Part shown: positions 9,257 to 16,990 of the stretch, piece after piece
Numbering within the stretch: position 1 is the stretch's first letter
Layout of the letters: the number at the start of each line of letters is the position of its first letter
Assembly: GCA_018238625.1 (NCBI GenBank)
Contig: JABCSY010000078.1
Span: 1 to 18,991 of the forward strand
Origin: Promethearchaeota archaeon
Lineage (GTDB): Archaea > Asgardarchaeota > Lokiarchaeia > Sigyniarchaeales > SOKP01
DNA length: 18,991 bases
Direction of reading: 5' to 3'
Notes under the pieces: generated by a model
Seen by the model: the letters and a program-made list of their open reading frames with translations, nothing else
Told to the model about the DNA's origin: nothing
The model's database searches: none
Position numbers and translations under genes: made by a program

Positions 9257-10933
9257 CTAAAATATTTGGGGACTCTTATATTCGCCAAAAACTTCTCTTA
9301 AAACGCTACAAATTTCTTCTATTGTAGCATAGGTTTTAACTACTTCAATCATGATTGGCATAATATTCTTAGAAGATTCAGCCACCTTTTTTAATTCAGC
9401 TAGTTTTGTTTCAACTAAGGTCTGGTCTCGATTTTTTTTTAATTCGCCGAGAGATGATATAATTTTTTGTTCCTCGTCAGTATCGTGTTTAAAGGTACTT
9501 ATTTTACTCTCTTCTTCTGTACAATAAGTGTTTACTCCAATTACTTGATTAATTCCCGCTTCTATTTTCTTCTGTTCGCTGTATGCATTATTTTGGATTT
9601 CCCGTTGAATGAAACCGCTCTCAATGGCAGTAGATATCCCTCCCATTGTGTCAATTTTTTCAATATACTCTAAAGCTTTTTCTTCTAATTTTGATGTTAA
9701 GTATTCTATATAATAAGAACCCCCTAATGGGTCCACAACGTCGGTAACTCCCGATTCATGCGCAAGGACTTGTTGAGTTCTTAAGGACAATCTCACAGAG
9801 TCTTCTGTTGGAATTGCTAAAGCCTCGTCTGCACCGCAGGTGTGTAGCGATTGCGTCCCCCCTAAAATTGCTGCTAACGCTTGAAGGGTTACTCGGACAA
9901 TATTTACGTTAGGTTGTTGAGCCGTTAGCGTGACTCCCGCAGTTTGGGTATGGAAGCGTAATCTCATTGAATTTGGGTCCTTAGCGTGGAACCTATCTTT
10001 CATTATTTTTGCCCATAATTTTCTAACTGCCCTTAATTTAGCAATTTCTTCAAAAAAATTATTATGAGTTGTAAAAAAGAAAGATAATCTTGGGGCAAAT
10101 TCATCAATTTTACCTCCCCGACTAAGAACTTCTTCAACATACGCAATACCATCTGCTATCGTAAAGGCGATTTCTTGAATAGCGTTACATCCCGCTTCTC
10201 GCATGTGGTACCCGCTAATGCTGATAGTATTAAAACGGGGTAAATTTTTGGAGCAATATTCGATTACATCTGCTACTAATCTTAATGATGGTTTAGGAGG
10301 ATAAATATATGTACCCCTCGCAACATATTCTTTTAAGATATCGTTTTGTACCGTACCGATTAATTGTTTAGGTTTTATTCCTTGTTTCTCGCCTACAACG
10401 ATATACATTGCTAAAAGCACTGAAGTAGGAGCGTTAATAGTCATACTTGTTGAAACCTTATCTAGAGGAATCCCTTCGAACACTTGTTCAAAATCTCTCA
10501 AGGAGTTAACCGTTACACCAACCCTTCCTACTTCTCCTAAACAGATTTTATTGTCACTATTATAGCCCATCTGTGTTGGCAAATCAAACGCAATTGAAAG
10601 CCCTTTTTGGCCTTGTGATATTAAATATTTGAACCTTTCGTTTGTTTTAGAAGCATCTGCAAAACCACCATATTGTCTCATCGTCCAAATTCTTCCACGA
10701 TACATGTTTGGATACACGCCTCTCGTAAAGGGGGGATTTCCCGGAAATCCAAGGTCTTCTAAATAATCAATATTCTTAAGATCACCGGGTCCATAGACGT
10801 GTTTTAAAGGTATGTTTGAAGGTGTTTCGAAAGTCTCTCTTCTTTCTCCTCGTTCGATATATTTATTCAAAACCTTTTCTTCCCATTCTTTTCGTTCTTG
10901 TTCAACTTTTTCCAGTTCTTCATTAGAGAACAT
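9257..10933 (-). CDS. mcmA1: Methylmalonyl-CoA mutase, large (substrate-binding) subunit
   Basis: Motifs PFTRGVYPNMYRGRIWTMRQYGGF, AFDLPTQMG, QNDILKEYVARGTY, SISGYHMREAG, GGTQSLHT, DPLGGSYYIE. The Tyr in RQY and the Arg in ARG fit methylmalonyl-CoA specificity. No B12-binding domain is fused. Confidence 0.95.
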   Translation of the reverse strand: MFSNEELEKVEQERKEWEEKVLNKYIERGERRETFETPSNIPLKHVYGPGDLKNIDYLEDLGFPGNPPFTRGVYPNMYRGRIWTMRQYGGFADASKTNERFKYLISQGQKGLSIAFDLPTQMGYNSDNKICLGEVGRVGVTVNSLRDFEQVFEGIPLDKVSTSMTINAPTSVLLAMYIVVGEKQGIKPKQLIGTVQNDILKEYVARGTYIYPPKPSLRLVADVIEYCSKNLPRFNTISISGYHMREAGCNAIQEIAFTIADGIAYVEEVLSRGGKIDEFAPRLSFFFTTHNNFFEEIAKLRAVRKLWAKIMKDRFHAKDPNSMRLRFHTQTAGVTLTAQQPNVNIVRVTLQALAAILGGTQSLHTCGADEALAIPTEDSVRLSLRTQQVLAHESGVTDVVDPLGGSYYIEYLTSKLEEKALEYIEKIDTMGGISTAIESGFIQREIQNNAYSEQKKIEAGINQVIGVNTYCTEEESKISTFKHDTDEEQKIISSLGELKKNRDQTLVETKLAELKKVAESSKNIMPIMIEVVKTYATIEEICSVLREVFGEYKSPQIF

Positions 10934-10943
10934 ATTTTCTATT

Positions 10944-10950
10944 ACCTCTT
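10944..10950 (-). promoter_or_regulatory. Shine-Dalgarno-like AAGAGGT upstream of the mutase
   Basis: Minus strand reads aagaggt-aatagaaaat-ATG, a 10-nt spacing. Confidence 0.5.
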
Positions 10951-10960
10951 AATTAGGTTA

Positions 10961-11068
10961 CTAAATTGATTCGAAAGCGTAATCAAATACTTCCTTATTA
11001 TTTAAATTATCACAAATTTTTCTATAAATGGGCTTTAATTTTTGCCCATGACCTTCTAGTTGTCCTAA
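10961..11068 (-). pseudogene. 3' remnant of a DUF35 OB-fold gene paralog
   Basis: Translates [35 protein letters not shown]; the last 26 aa match the 12593-12946 gene at 22 positions. Confidence 0.9.
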
Positions 11069-11112
11069 ATTTTGCTATTTCTTCAAAAAAATTATTATGA
11101 GTTGTAAAAAAA
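11065..11112 (-). pseudogene. Short internal fragment of a methylmalonyl-CoA mutase gene
   Basis: 11077-11111 is identical to 10044-10078 (35 bp). It translates [16 protein letters not shown] versus [16 protein letters not shown] in the intact gene. Confidence 0.85.
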
Positions 11113-11198
11113 TGAATATTCAAAATAATTTGTTTCATTGTATTATATTATAAAACAATTAGAGAAATAAAAGTAATTTAATTAAAAACCTTCTAAAA

Positions 11199-11609
11199 TT
11201 AAATATTATCTAAAAAGCTTTGGACTCTTTTTTCTACAGATTTATTTACTACTTTAATAAAATCGGTGAATTTACTAATTTCTCCATCCCAATTATTCGA
11301 TATATCAGATCCATACAATTCAAAAAATTGTTTTGAAATAATATCTAACTCGTTTAATATAAATTTTTTCTTAAATTTAGGTGAAGAAGTCGCAATGAAT
11401 AACATTTTATTTTTTTTTAGGATATCAAAACGCATATTATTCAATTCGAAGTTTGAAATCCCCGTTGCAGAAATTTCCATTGCAAATGAATTCAAAGCAC
11501 TCATAAGCATCGCAAAAAGCTGAACTTTTAAATCTTGGTCGTAAATACGTGAAAAAACTGCTGTTCCGTCCTCAGTTAAAATCCATAAATCGCGTATCAC
11601 TTTAGTCAA
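11199..11609 (-). CDS. Stand-alone longin-like domain protein
   Basis: 136 aa with a longin-like pattern: IRDLWILTEDGTAVFSR (two strands), QLFAMLMSALNSFAMEI (helix), three strands, then ILNELDIISKQFFELY and FTDFIKVVNK helices. TTG or GTG start. Confidence 0.7.
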   Translation of the reverse strand: MTKVIRDLWILTEDGTAVFSRIYDQDLKVQLFAMLMSALNSFAMEISATGISNFELNNMRFDILKKNKMLFIATSSPKFKKKFILNELDIISKQFFELYGSDISNNWDGEISKFTDFIKVVNKSVEKRVQSFLDNI

Positions 11610-11727
11610 GTATATCCATCTGAAATTTCTAGTTTTAAATATATCTTCAGAATATAATAATGGATCTTAAATATTAAATTAATTCTAAATTCAAGGTTTA
11701 ACAATAAAAAAAAAATTAATTCGTTAA

Positions 11728-12468
11728 TTATGGGTTTTTTGGTTTTAAAAAGCGATTTTTCATCCATTCAGGAAAAATAAAACCATAATAGAAGAAAACT
11801 GAGCTGAAAAACAACATTGTTCTACCCAGAATTAAGAATAAAATATTAAATGTGCTTAAGACATCAAAAATTGCCCCAATGAAGAATAACCAAAAAGCCA
11901 TAAGAAGTAACTTTCCTTTCAATTTATGCTCTGGATTGTCAGATTTTAGAGAGGCTCGAGCAAATATTGTTCCCGTTATTATTAAAACAATTAAAAGCAA
12001 AATTTGAAAGACAGAAATGAATAGTCCGTAATTTGCGTCAACAGGCGACTCCAATGTCCCAATTATCGATGGATTCGTTAGGAGGAAATAAAATAAAAAT
12101 ATTTCGAATAAAATACCTCCTATAGTAGAGATCATTATAATAATCCTTTGTTTTTGTTTATACATAAGTTCTGTGAATGCAATTAACCAAAATGTTAAAG
12201 TAAATGGAAGTAAAGAAGTTCCAATAATAAAGTATATCTCAGGAAATGAAATGAGTCCTAAACCATCGTTAAAGAGAGCAATAATAAATGAGGTCGAACT
12301 AGGATACCAAGATTCCCCAATCAAAATCCAACAAAGCCCAACAAATAAATAAGTTTTCTCCTTAATTTTACGATATCTTAGAGCAATTCGCAGACCTACA
12401 AATATGAAAATTATTACTAAAATAACACTAAAAATTCCATTTACATAATCAAAAGCTTCTAACGCCAT
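11728..12468 (-). CDS. Seven-TM membrane protein, putative sensor, with no cytoplasmic output domain
   Basis: Seven hydrophobic segments with basic loops (RYRKIKEK, KSDNPEHKLKGK) and terminal YGFIFPEWMK. Resembles HisKA_7TM-type sensor modules by pattern only. Confidence 0.65.
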   Translation of the reverse strand: MALEAFDYVNGIFSVILVIIFIFVGLRIALRYRKIKEKTYLFVGLCWILIGESWYPSSTSFIIALFNDGLGLISFPEIYFIIGTSLLPFTLTFWLIAFTELMYKQKQRIIIMISTIGGILFEIFLFYFLLTNPSIIGTLESPVDANYGLFISVFQILLLIVLIITGTIFARASLKSDNPEHKLKGKLLLMAFWLFFIGAIFDVLSTFNILFLILGRTMLFFSSVFFYYGFIFPEWMKNRFLKPKNP

Positions 12469-12592
12469 ACCATATCTTCTCTGTTTAATTAATTAAAAAA
12501 AAATTAATTATAATATAAAAGAACTTATATTTAACAGTGAAGATTAAAAAAATTTGTCAGAAATTGCATACGAACAAACTTTTTTTATTAGT

Positions 12593-12946
12593 CTAAATTG
12601 GTTCGAAAGCGTAATCATATACTTCCTTACCATCTAAATTATCACAAATTTTTCTATATATGGGCTTTAATTTCATCCCAACTTTTAAACGATCTTGGGG
12701 GGTAATTTGTCCCAGAGCTTTAATTCCGTTTTCAAACTCAACAACTCCAAGCGCATAAGAAGGTTTATTGCGAAACTCAGCGGGAGGCGCTTTTAAGATC
12801 GTAAAGGTTAATAATTCAGCGTTTCCAACTGCAATAATCGTTTCAAATTTGTCGTGTTTACATTTTAAACATCTAAGATGCGATGGATGCTGTAAAAATC
12901 CACAATTATTACATTTTTTCCATTCTATTTTTTCTTTCTTATTCAT
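12593..12946 (-). CDS. DUF35 / ChsH2-like Zn-ribbon plus OB-fold protein (thiolase-associated family)
   Basis: CNNCG...RCLKC zinc ribbon, then LLTFTILKAPPAEFRNKPSYALGVVEFENGIKALGQI...LKVGMKLKP and terminal YAFEP. Confidence 0.88.
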   Translation of the reverse strand: MNKKEKIEWKKCNNCGFLQHPSHLRCLKCKHDKFETIIAVGNAELLTFTILKAPPAEFRNKPSYALGVVEFENGIKALGQITPQDRLKVGMKLKPIYRKICDNLDGKEVYDYAFEPI

Positions 12947-13177
12947 TCATTTCTCACTTCTTCTTCTAAAACATCTAAAACAAATTTAAAAAAATGAAAA
13001 TTGTGATTATTATTTTAAATATTCATTTTTCTCGTGATATATCATCTTAGAGAAATATAAGAAAAGAAATAAAATAATCTTTTCAACAATATAAGTCATA
13101 ATAAAGCCCCAAACTAAGTAAATATTTTTAAATGTTTTCGCATTATTATATTACGAAAAAGGAGTTATTTAGCAAGC

Positions 13178-13549
13178 ATGAGCAAATTTGAAAATCATAA
13201 AAAATTGTATTTGAATTTTAAAGGAGATGCTGAGAATGAGGATGTTTCATTCCCTTCTAGAGCAGAATTATACTTTCTTTCGATATATCATTTAATTGAA
13301 AGCTGTGCAGCAAAATATCGGATACATATCAACAAACATCAAAAAGTAAGGATAACCTTAGAAAATAATCCCCACATCTTTGAAAAAGAAACGGAAAACA
13401 TTTGGCGATTATTTCAAGATATTGAAAATAAAATTCGCCCAAAATTTACTTATGGGTTTAGTTGGACGGATAAAGATTTTAATGAATTGAAGGAAAAATA
13501 TTATAAATTAGAAGAAATATGCATTAAGGTGTTGACAGATGAGTCTTAA
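13178..13549 (+). CDS. HEPN-domain protein (putative toxin of a HEPN-MNT pair)
   Basis: 123-aa all-helical protein: AELYFLSIYHLIES, a KH motif, RPKFTYG. It overlaps the nucleotidyltransferase gene by 11 bp. GGAG is present upstream at 13161-13164. Confidence 0.65.
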   Translation: MSKFENHKKLYLNFKGDAENEDVSFPSRAELYFLSIYHLIESCAAKYRIHINKHQKVRITLENNPHIFEKETENIWRLFQDIENKIRPKFTYGFSWTDKDFNELKEKYYKLEEICIKVLTDES

Positions 13550-14231
13550 TATGAATTTAGAAAAAAGTCAGATGAAAAATTTAAGAAAAGATCCAAAACT
13601 GGAAAAAAAAATAAATCAAATTAAGACTTTTATAGGCAATTATCTCTCAAAATATGAAGAGATTGAAAATATCATATTATTTGGCTCTTTAGCTTCTGGA
13701 AGATTTAATGAAAATAGTGATATTGATATATGTATTTTATTTAAGCCCAATACTCCAAAAAGTATGGAAACAACTATTTTTGACCATTTCTTAAACCTAG
13801 GAAAGTTATTAAATCGTTCCATTCAATGCATTTTCTTTTTTCCAGAGGATATTAATAATTGGGACACAAATTTTCTTGAAAATATTTTGGCTGAAGGACA
13901 ATTATTAACTGGAAATTCTAATTACTTTAAAACTTTAATAAAAGCTTTAGAATTTAAACCATATCAAATTATAACTTTAAATCTAAGAGCATTAAATAGT
14001 TCTGCTAAAATGAAACTAAAAAGAATATTATATGGATATAAAACTAGCAAGAAATATTCAGAAAAAATATATAGATATCAAAAAAGAGGGTTGGTGAAAA
14101 AATTACAGGGAATAAAATTAGGACGGGGATCATTCATTATACCTGAAAAATTCTTGTTACTTGTCGAAACCAAGTTAAAAGAATTTGATATTACATTTTC
14201 AAACTTTAGAGTATGGATGCAAGAAATATAA
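13539..14231 (+). CDS. Minimal nucleotidyltransferase (Pol-beta superfamily) with a basic C-terminal domain
   Basis: IILFGSLASGRFNENSDIDICILF is the GS...DxD signature; FLENILAEG closes the MNT domain; a further Lys/Arg-rich domain of about 90 aa follows. Confidence 0.88.
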   Translation: MSLNMNLEKSQMKNLRKDPKLEKKINQIKTFIGNYLSKYEEIENIILFGSLASGRFNENSDIDICILFKPNTPKSMETTIFDHFLNLGKLLNRSIQCIFFFPEDINNWDTNFLENILAEGQLLTGNSNYFKTLIKALEFKPYQIITLNLRALNSSAKMKLKRILYGYKTSKKYSEKIYRYQKRGLVKKLQGIKLGRGSFIIPEKFLLLVETKLKEFDITFSNFRVWMQEI

Positions 14232-14312
14232 TTAAAATCAGTTGAATTAAAAATTCTACTTTTATTTGTTTTTCACAAATTTGTTTAAAAAACAAATTTT
14301 TAAAAAAAATTT

Positions 14313-14344
14313 AATAACTCCTTGTCCTATTTTTGAAGATGTTA
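14313..14344 (-). pseudogene. 32-bp remnant of a small GTPase gene (G5 region)
   Basis: aataactccttgtcctatttttgaagatgtta matches 16383-16414 at 30/32 positions; TSSKIGQGVI versus TSAKTGQGVI. Confidence 0.75.
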
Positions 14345-14354
14345 TAAAAATGTT

Positions 14355-16310
14355 CTATTTAATATTTTTTTTTATAAATATTTCTGTTATCAATGATTTG
14401 AGTATTGGAACATCTTCAAGTTTGATTATCCGGTTGGTTTGACAATATTTATTAAACTTTTCTAATAAATCTTCATTGTTTTTTATATTTTCAACAAAAT
14501 TTTGTATTTTTTTTTGAGCAGAAAAAGAATGTCCCTTGAATAAATAACAAACCAAAAATGTTGAAATTCGCTTCATAAGTAAGGTATATTGACCAAAAGT
14601 TGCACGATCGAGCCCCTCAGAAAAGAGTTCACCACTAAATGTGTTAAAAGTAGCTAAAAAACTGCTAATGAGATTTTCTTCGATATCCAATGTTTTTGTA
14701 AATAATTTGGAGAATGTGGAAAGCCCTCCTTCTGAAATAACTAAAATCATAACAGGGTTTTCTTCAATTATCTCGGGAACTTCACTTCTACGTTTTTGGA
14801 TCATATATGTCATCTGTTCGTTCAGGTTAGTTAACTTAAAACGCTCAGATAAAGAGGATTCTGAATCCTTTAATTTCTCCCATATACTTAACTTCTGAAG
14901 TAATTCATCGTGTTCAATGGAAATTTTGGCAGCTATTCGATGCATCCCATGCTTTTCAGCTATTCTTTGGGCTTGAGTAAATAGTCGTCTAGCTCCTTTG
15001 AGATCTAATGTTAATAATGATAGTTTAGCTTGTAACACGTAACTTTCAGCTAAAAACCAATACGATCTTAATTTTACTGCGATTTCTAATAATTTATTAA
15101 TAAGGGGTTGTATCTCATCAATTATTTCGATACTATTAGTCATATGTAACTCTTCCAGTAATAACTCACTTTGGTTTAATAAAGCAATTATAATATGTTC
15201 ATTTGTTATCATCTCTCCATCTATAATTTGCTTTAAAAGTTCTTGAGCTTTTACTCGATTATGAATTCTCGGACTCGATTTTAGAACCAGAGCTTTAGAA
15301 ATAAAGTAAGATTGTTCAATCTGTTTGTTATCGTCTTCTTGTTTATAAATCGCCTCCAATTGTTCTAAATACTTCTGAGCTTGCTCAATATCGCCTTTAA
15401 CAACAAAAACCTCTATCAAACTAAAAGTAACTTCACTTAATACCCAATTATTTCTGGTTTTTTTAGCAATTTCAAAACCGCGTTTAAGATAAACTAAGCA
15501 TTGATCTAAATCACCCATTTCCCTATATATATTTCCTGTGTCACTTATAGTAGTAATAATGGGAAGCATGTTAGTCTTTTCTTCAAAAAACGCTAAAATC
15601 TTTTTATAATACATTAATGCTTTTTTTAAATCCCCTTTCATATAAAAGATTACTCCAAGATTCTTAGGAATAAATGAATCCACCCACGGATGATTTATAT
15701 CTATTGCATAAGATTGACATTGTTCTAGCAGCTCTAGAGCGTAATCTAGATCATCTTTAAAATAAGTATAATATCCACTGATTAAACTGTAAGATTCAAC
15801 AATTTCATGTTTTATACCAAGTTTTTGGCGCAATTTTAAGCTTCTTTTCGCACAATCTAATCCTTTTTCTACATTAGCTAGAAACCAATAACCACTCGCT
15901 TTAATATAAAGAATATTTGCCTCTTTCCTTTCAAGTTCTAATGTTGAAATGTTGGTTAGAGTTTTAAGAATATTCTCACTCCTTAAAGTTAATTCGAATG
16001 CTTTTTCAAAATCTCCTAACCATAGCAATGCCCAAGCCATATTTAGAAGAGCATCAATTGAATAAAGATCAAGTCCTAATTCCTGACTTTCCTGATAAGC
16101 TTTTTCAGCATACTTAAAGCACTCCTCATCATCTCTAAATCTAAAAAAAACAGAACTCTTTATAAGATCATGTGTAAGTCTGTCTAAATCTGTTAAATCC
16201 TCTTTTTTATCAATTTTATTCAATAATGAAAGAACTTCTTCAAATTTTCCTTCCTCAAATAAGTATTTTGCTTGAATTGTTTCCTTAGATTCCGAAGGTG
16301 ACATAGCCAA
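14355..16310 (-). CDS. TPR-repeat protein with a C-terminal longin-like domain (paralog 1)
   Basis: Multiple roughly 40-aa TPR-like units (NLGVIFYMKGDLKKALMYY, DTGNIYREMGDLDQCLVYL). The C-terminus reads ILVISEGGLSTFSK...LISSFLATFNTFSGELFS. Start is TTG 16310 or ATG 16304. Confidence 0.85.
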   Translation of the reverse strand: MAMSPSESKETIQAKYLFEEGKFEEVLSLLNKIDKKEDLTDLDRLTHDLIKSSVFFRFRDDEECFKYAEKAYQESQELGLDLYSIDALLNMAWALLWLGDFEKAFELTLRSENILKTLTNISTLELERKEANILYIKASGYWFLANVEKGLDCAKRSLKLRQKLGIKHEIVESYSLISGYYTYFKDDLDYALELLEQCQSYAIDINHPWVDSFIPKNLGVIFYMKGDLKKALMYYKKILAFFEEKTNMLPIITTISDTGNIYREMGDLDQCLVYLKRGFEIAKKTRNNWVLSEVTFSLIEVFVVKGDIEQAQKYLEQLEAIYKQEDDNKQIEQSYFISKALVLKSSPRIHNRVKAQELLKQIIDGEMITNEHIIIALLNQSELLLEELHMTNSIEIIDEIQPLINKLLEIAVKLRSYWFLAESYVLQAKLSLLTLDLKGARRLFTQAQRIAEKHGMHRIAAKISIEHDELLQKLSIWEKLKDSESSLSERFKLTNLNEQMTYMIQKRRSEVPEIIEENPVMILVISEGGLSTFSKLFTKTLDIEENLISSFLATFNTFSGELFSEGLDRATFGQYTLLMKRISTFLVCYLFKGHSFSAQKKIQNFVENIKNNEDLLEKFNKYCQTNRIIKLEDVPILKSLITEIFIKKNIK

Positions 16311-16325
16311 ATTTAAAAAACTATC

Positions 16326-16871
16326 CTAATTTTGGTTTTTACTTTTATTATATAATTCATTAATAATAGCATTAAATGCTTCAATAACTCCTTGTCCTGT
16401 TTTTGCAGATGTTAAATATAACTCAAGAAAGTTGTGTTCATTCACAATATTTTGAATTTTATCGGTATCTAAATCATTTTCCTCTACTAAGTCAACTTTA
16501 TTAGCGAAAAGAACTACAGGAATATTCCCACAATTCTTTTTAAGTTCATTATGCCAATTTTCTATATGTTTAAAACTTTCATTGCCTAAATCATTTTCTT
16601 CAAGGCTATATACAATAATACACGCTTTGCTCTCTTTATAGAATAAAGGTTGTAAAAAATTGAAATCATCTTGACCAGAAATATCCCAGAATATTAAATT
16701 AATTACATCTTCATTAATTTTTTTATTAAATCTTGAAAATTGGGCGCCAATAGTTTTGATGTAATCCATCTCAAAAGTTCCTTTGGTGAATTTTTTAATT
16801 AAGGATGTTTTACCAACTGCTCCATCGCCAAGAACGCATATTTTGAATACAAATTCCTCAGAATTAGTCAT
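16326..16871 (-). CDS. Rab-like small GTPase (Ras superfamily)
   Basis: G1 GDGAVGKTS, G2 TIG, G3 WDISGQ, G4 NKVD, G5 TSAK. No C-terminal Cys prenylation motif. Confidence 0.95.
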   Translation of the reverse strand: MTNSEEFVFKICVLGDGAVGKTSLIKKFTKGTFEMDYIKTIGAQFSRFNKKINEDVINLIFWDISGQDDFNFLQPLFYKESKACIIVYSLEENDLGNESFKHIENWHNELKKNCGNIPVVLFANKVDLVEENDLDTDKIQNIVNEHNFLELYLTSAKTGQGVIEAFNAIINELYNKSKNQN

Positions 16872-16990
16872 TGATTTCTTAAATACTTTTTAGATTATAT
16901 TATCTATATAATCTAAAATTAGACATTATCAAATATAAAACTATAACTAATTGAATAGTCTAAAAAAATATAATTTCTTTAATTTAGAAA

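Noticed and set aside
9071-9301. 76-aa ORF as a functional gene
   Set aside because: It is the acdA remnant reading through into the antisense strand of the mutase; the upstream in-frame stop and the large deletion indicate a pseudogene.
11065-11112. Gene fragments as DGR template repeats or CRISPR-like spacers
   Set aside because: No reverse transcriptase is present, mismatches are not adenine-specific, and there are no flanking repeats.
11728-12468. 7TM proteins as rhodopsins or true GPCRs
   Set aside because: No retinal-binding Lys motif in helix 7 and no DRY or NPxxY motifs in either 7TM protein.
12943-13014. Short minus-strand frame ending VLEEEVRNE* with an ATGA overlap into DUF35, a possible remnant of an upstream (thiolase) gene
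   Set aside because: No start codon and no recognisable thiolase motif; cannot be supported without a search.
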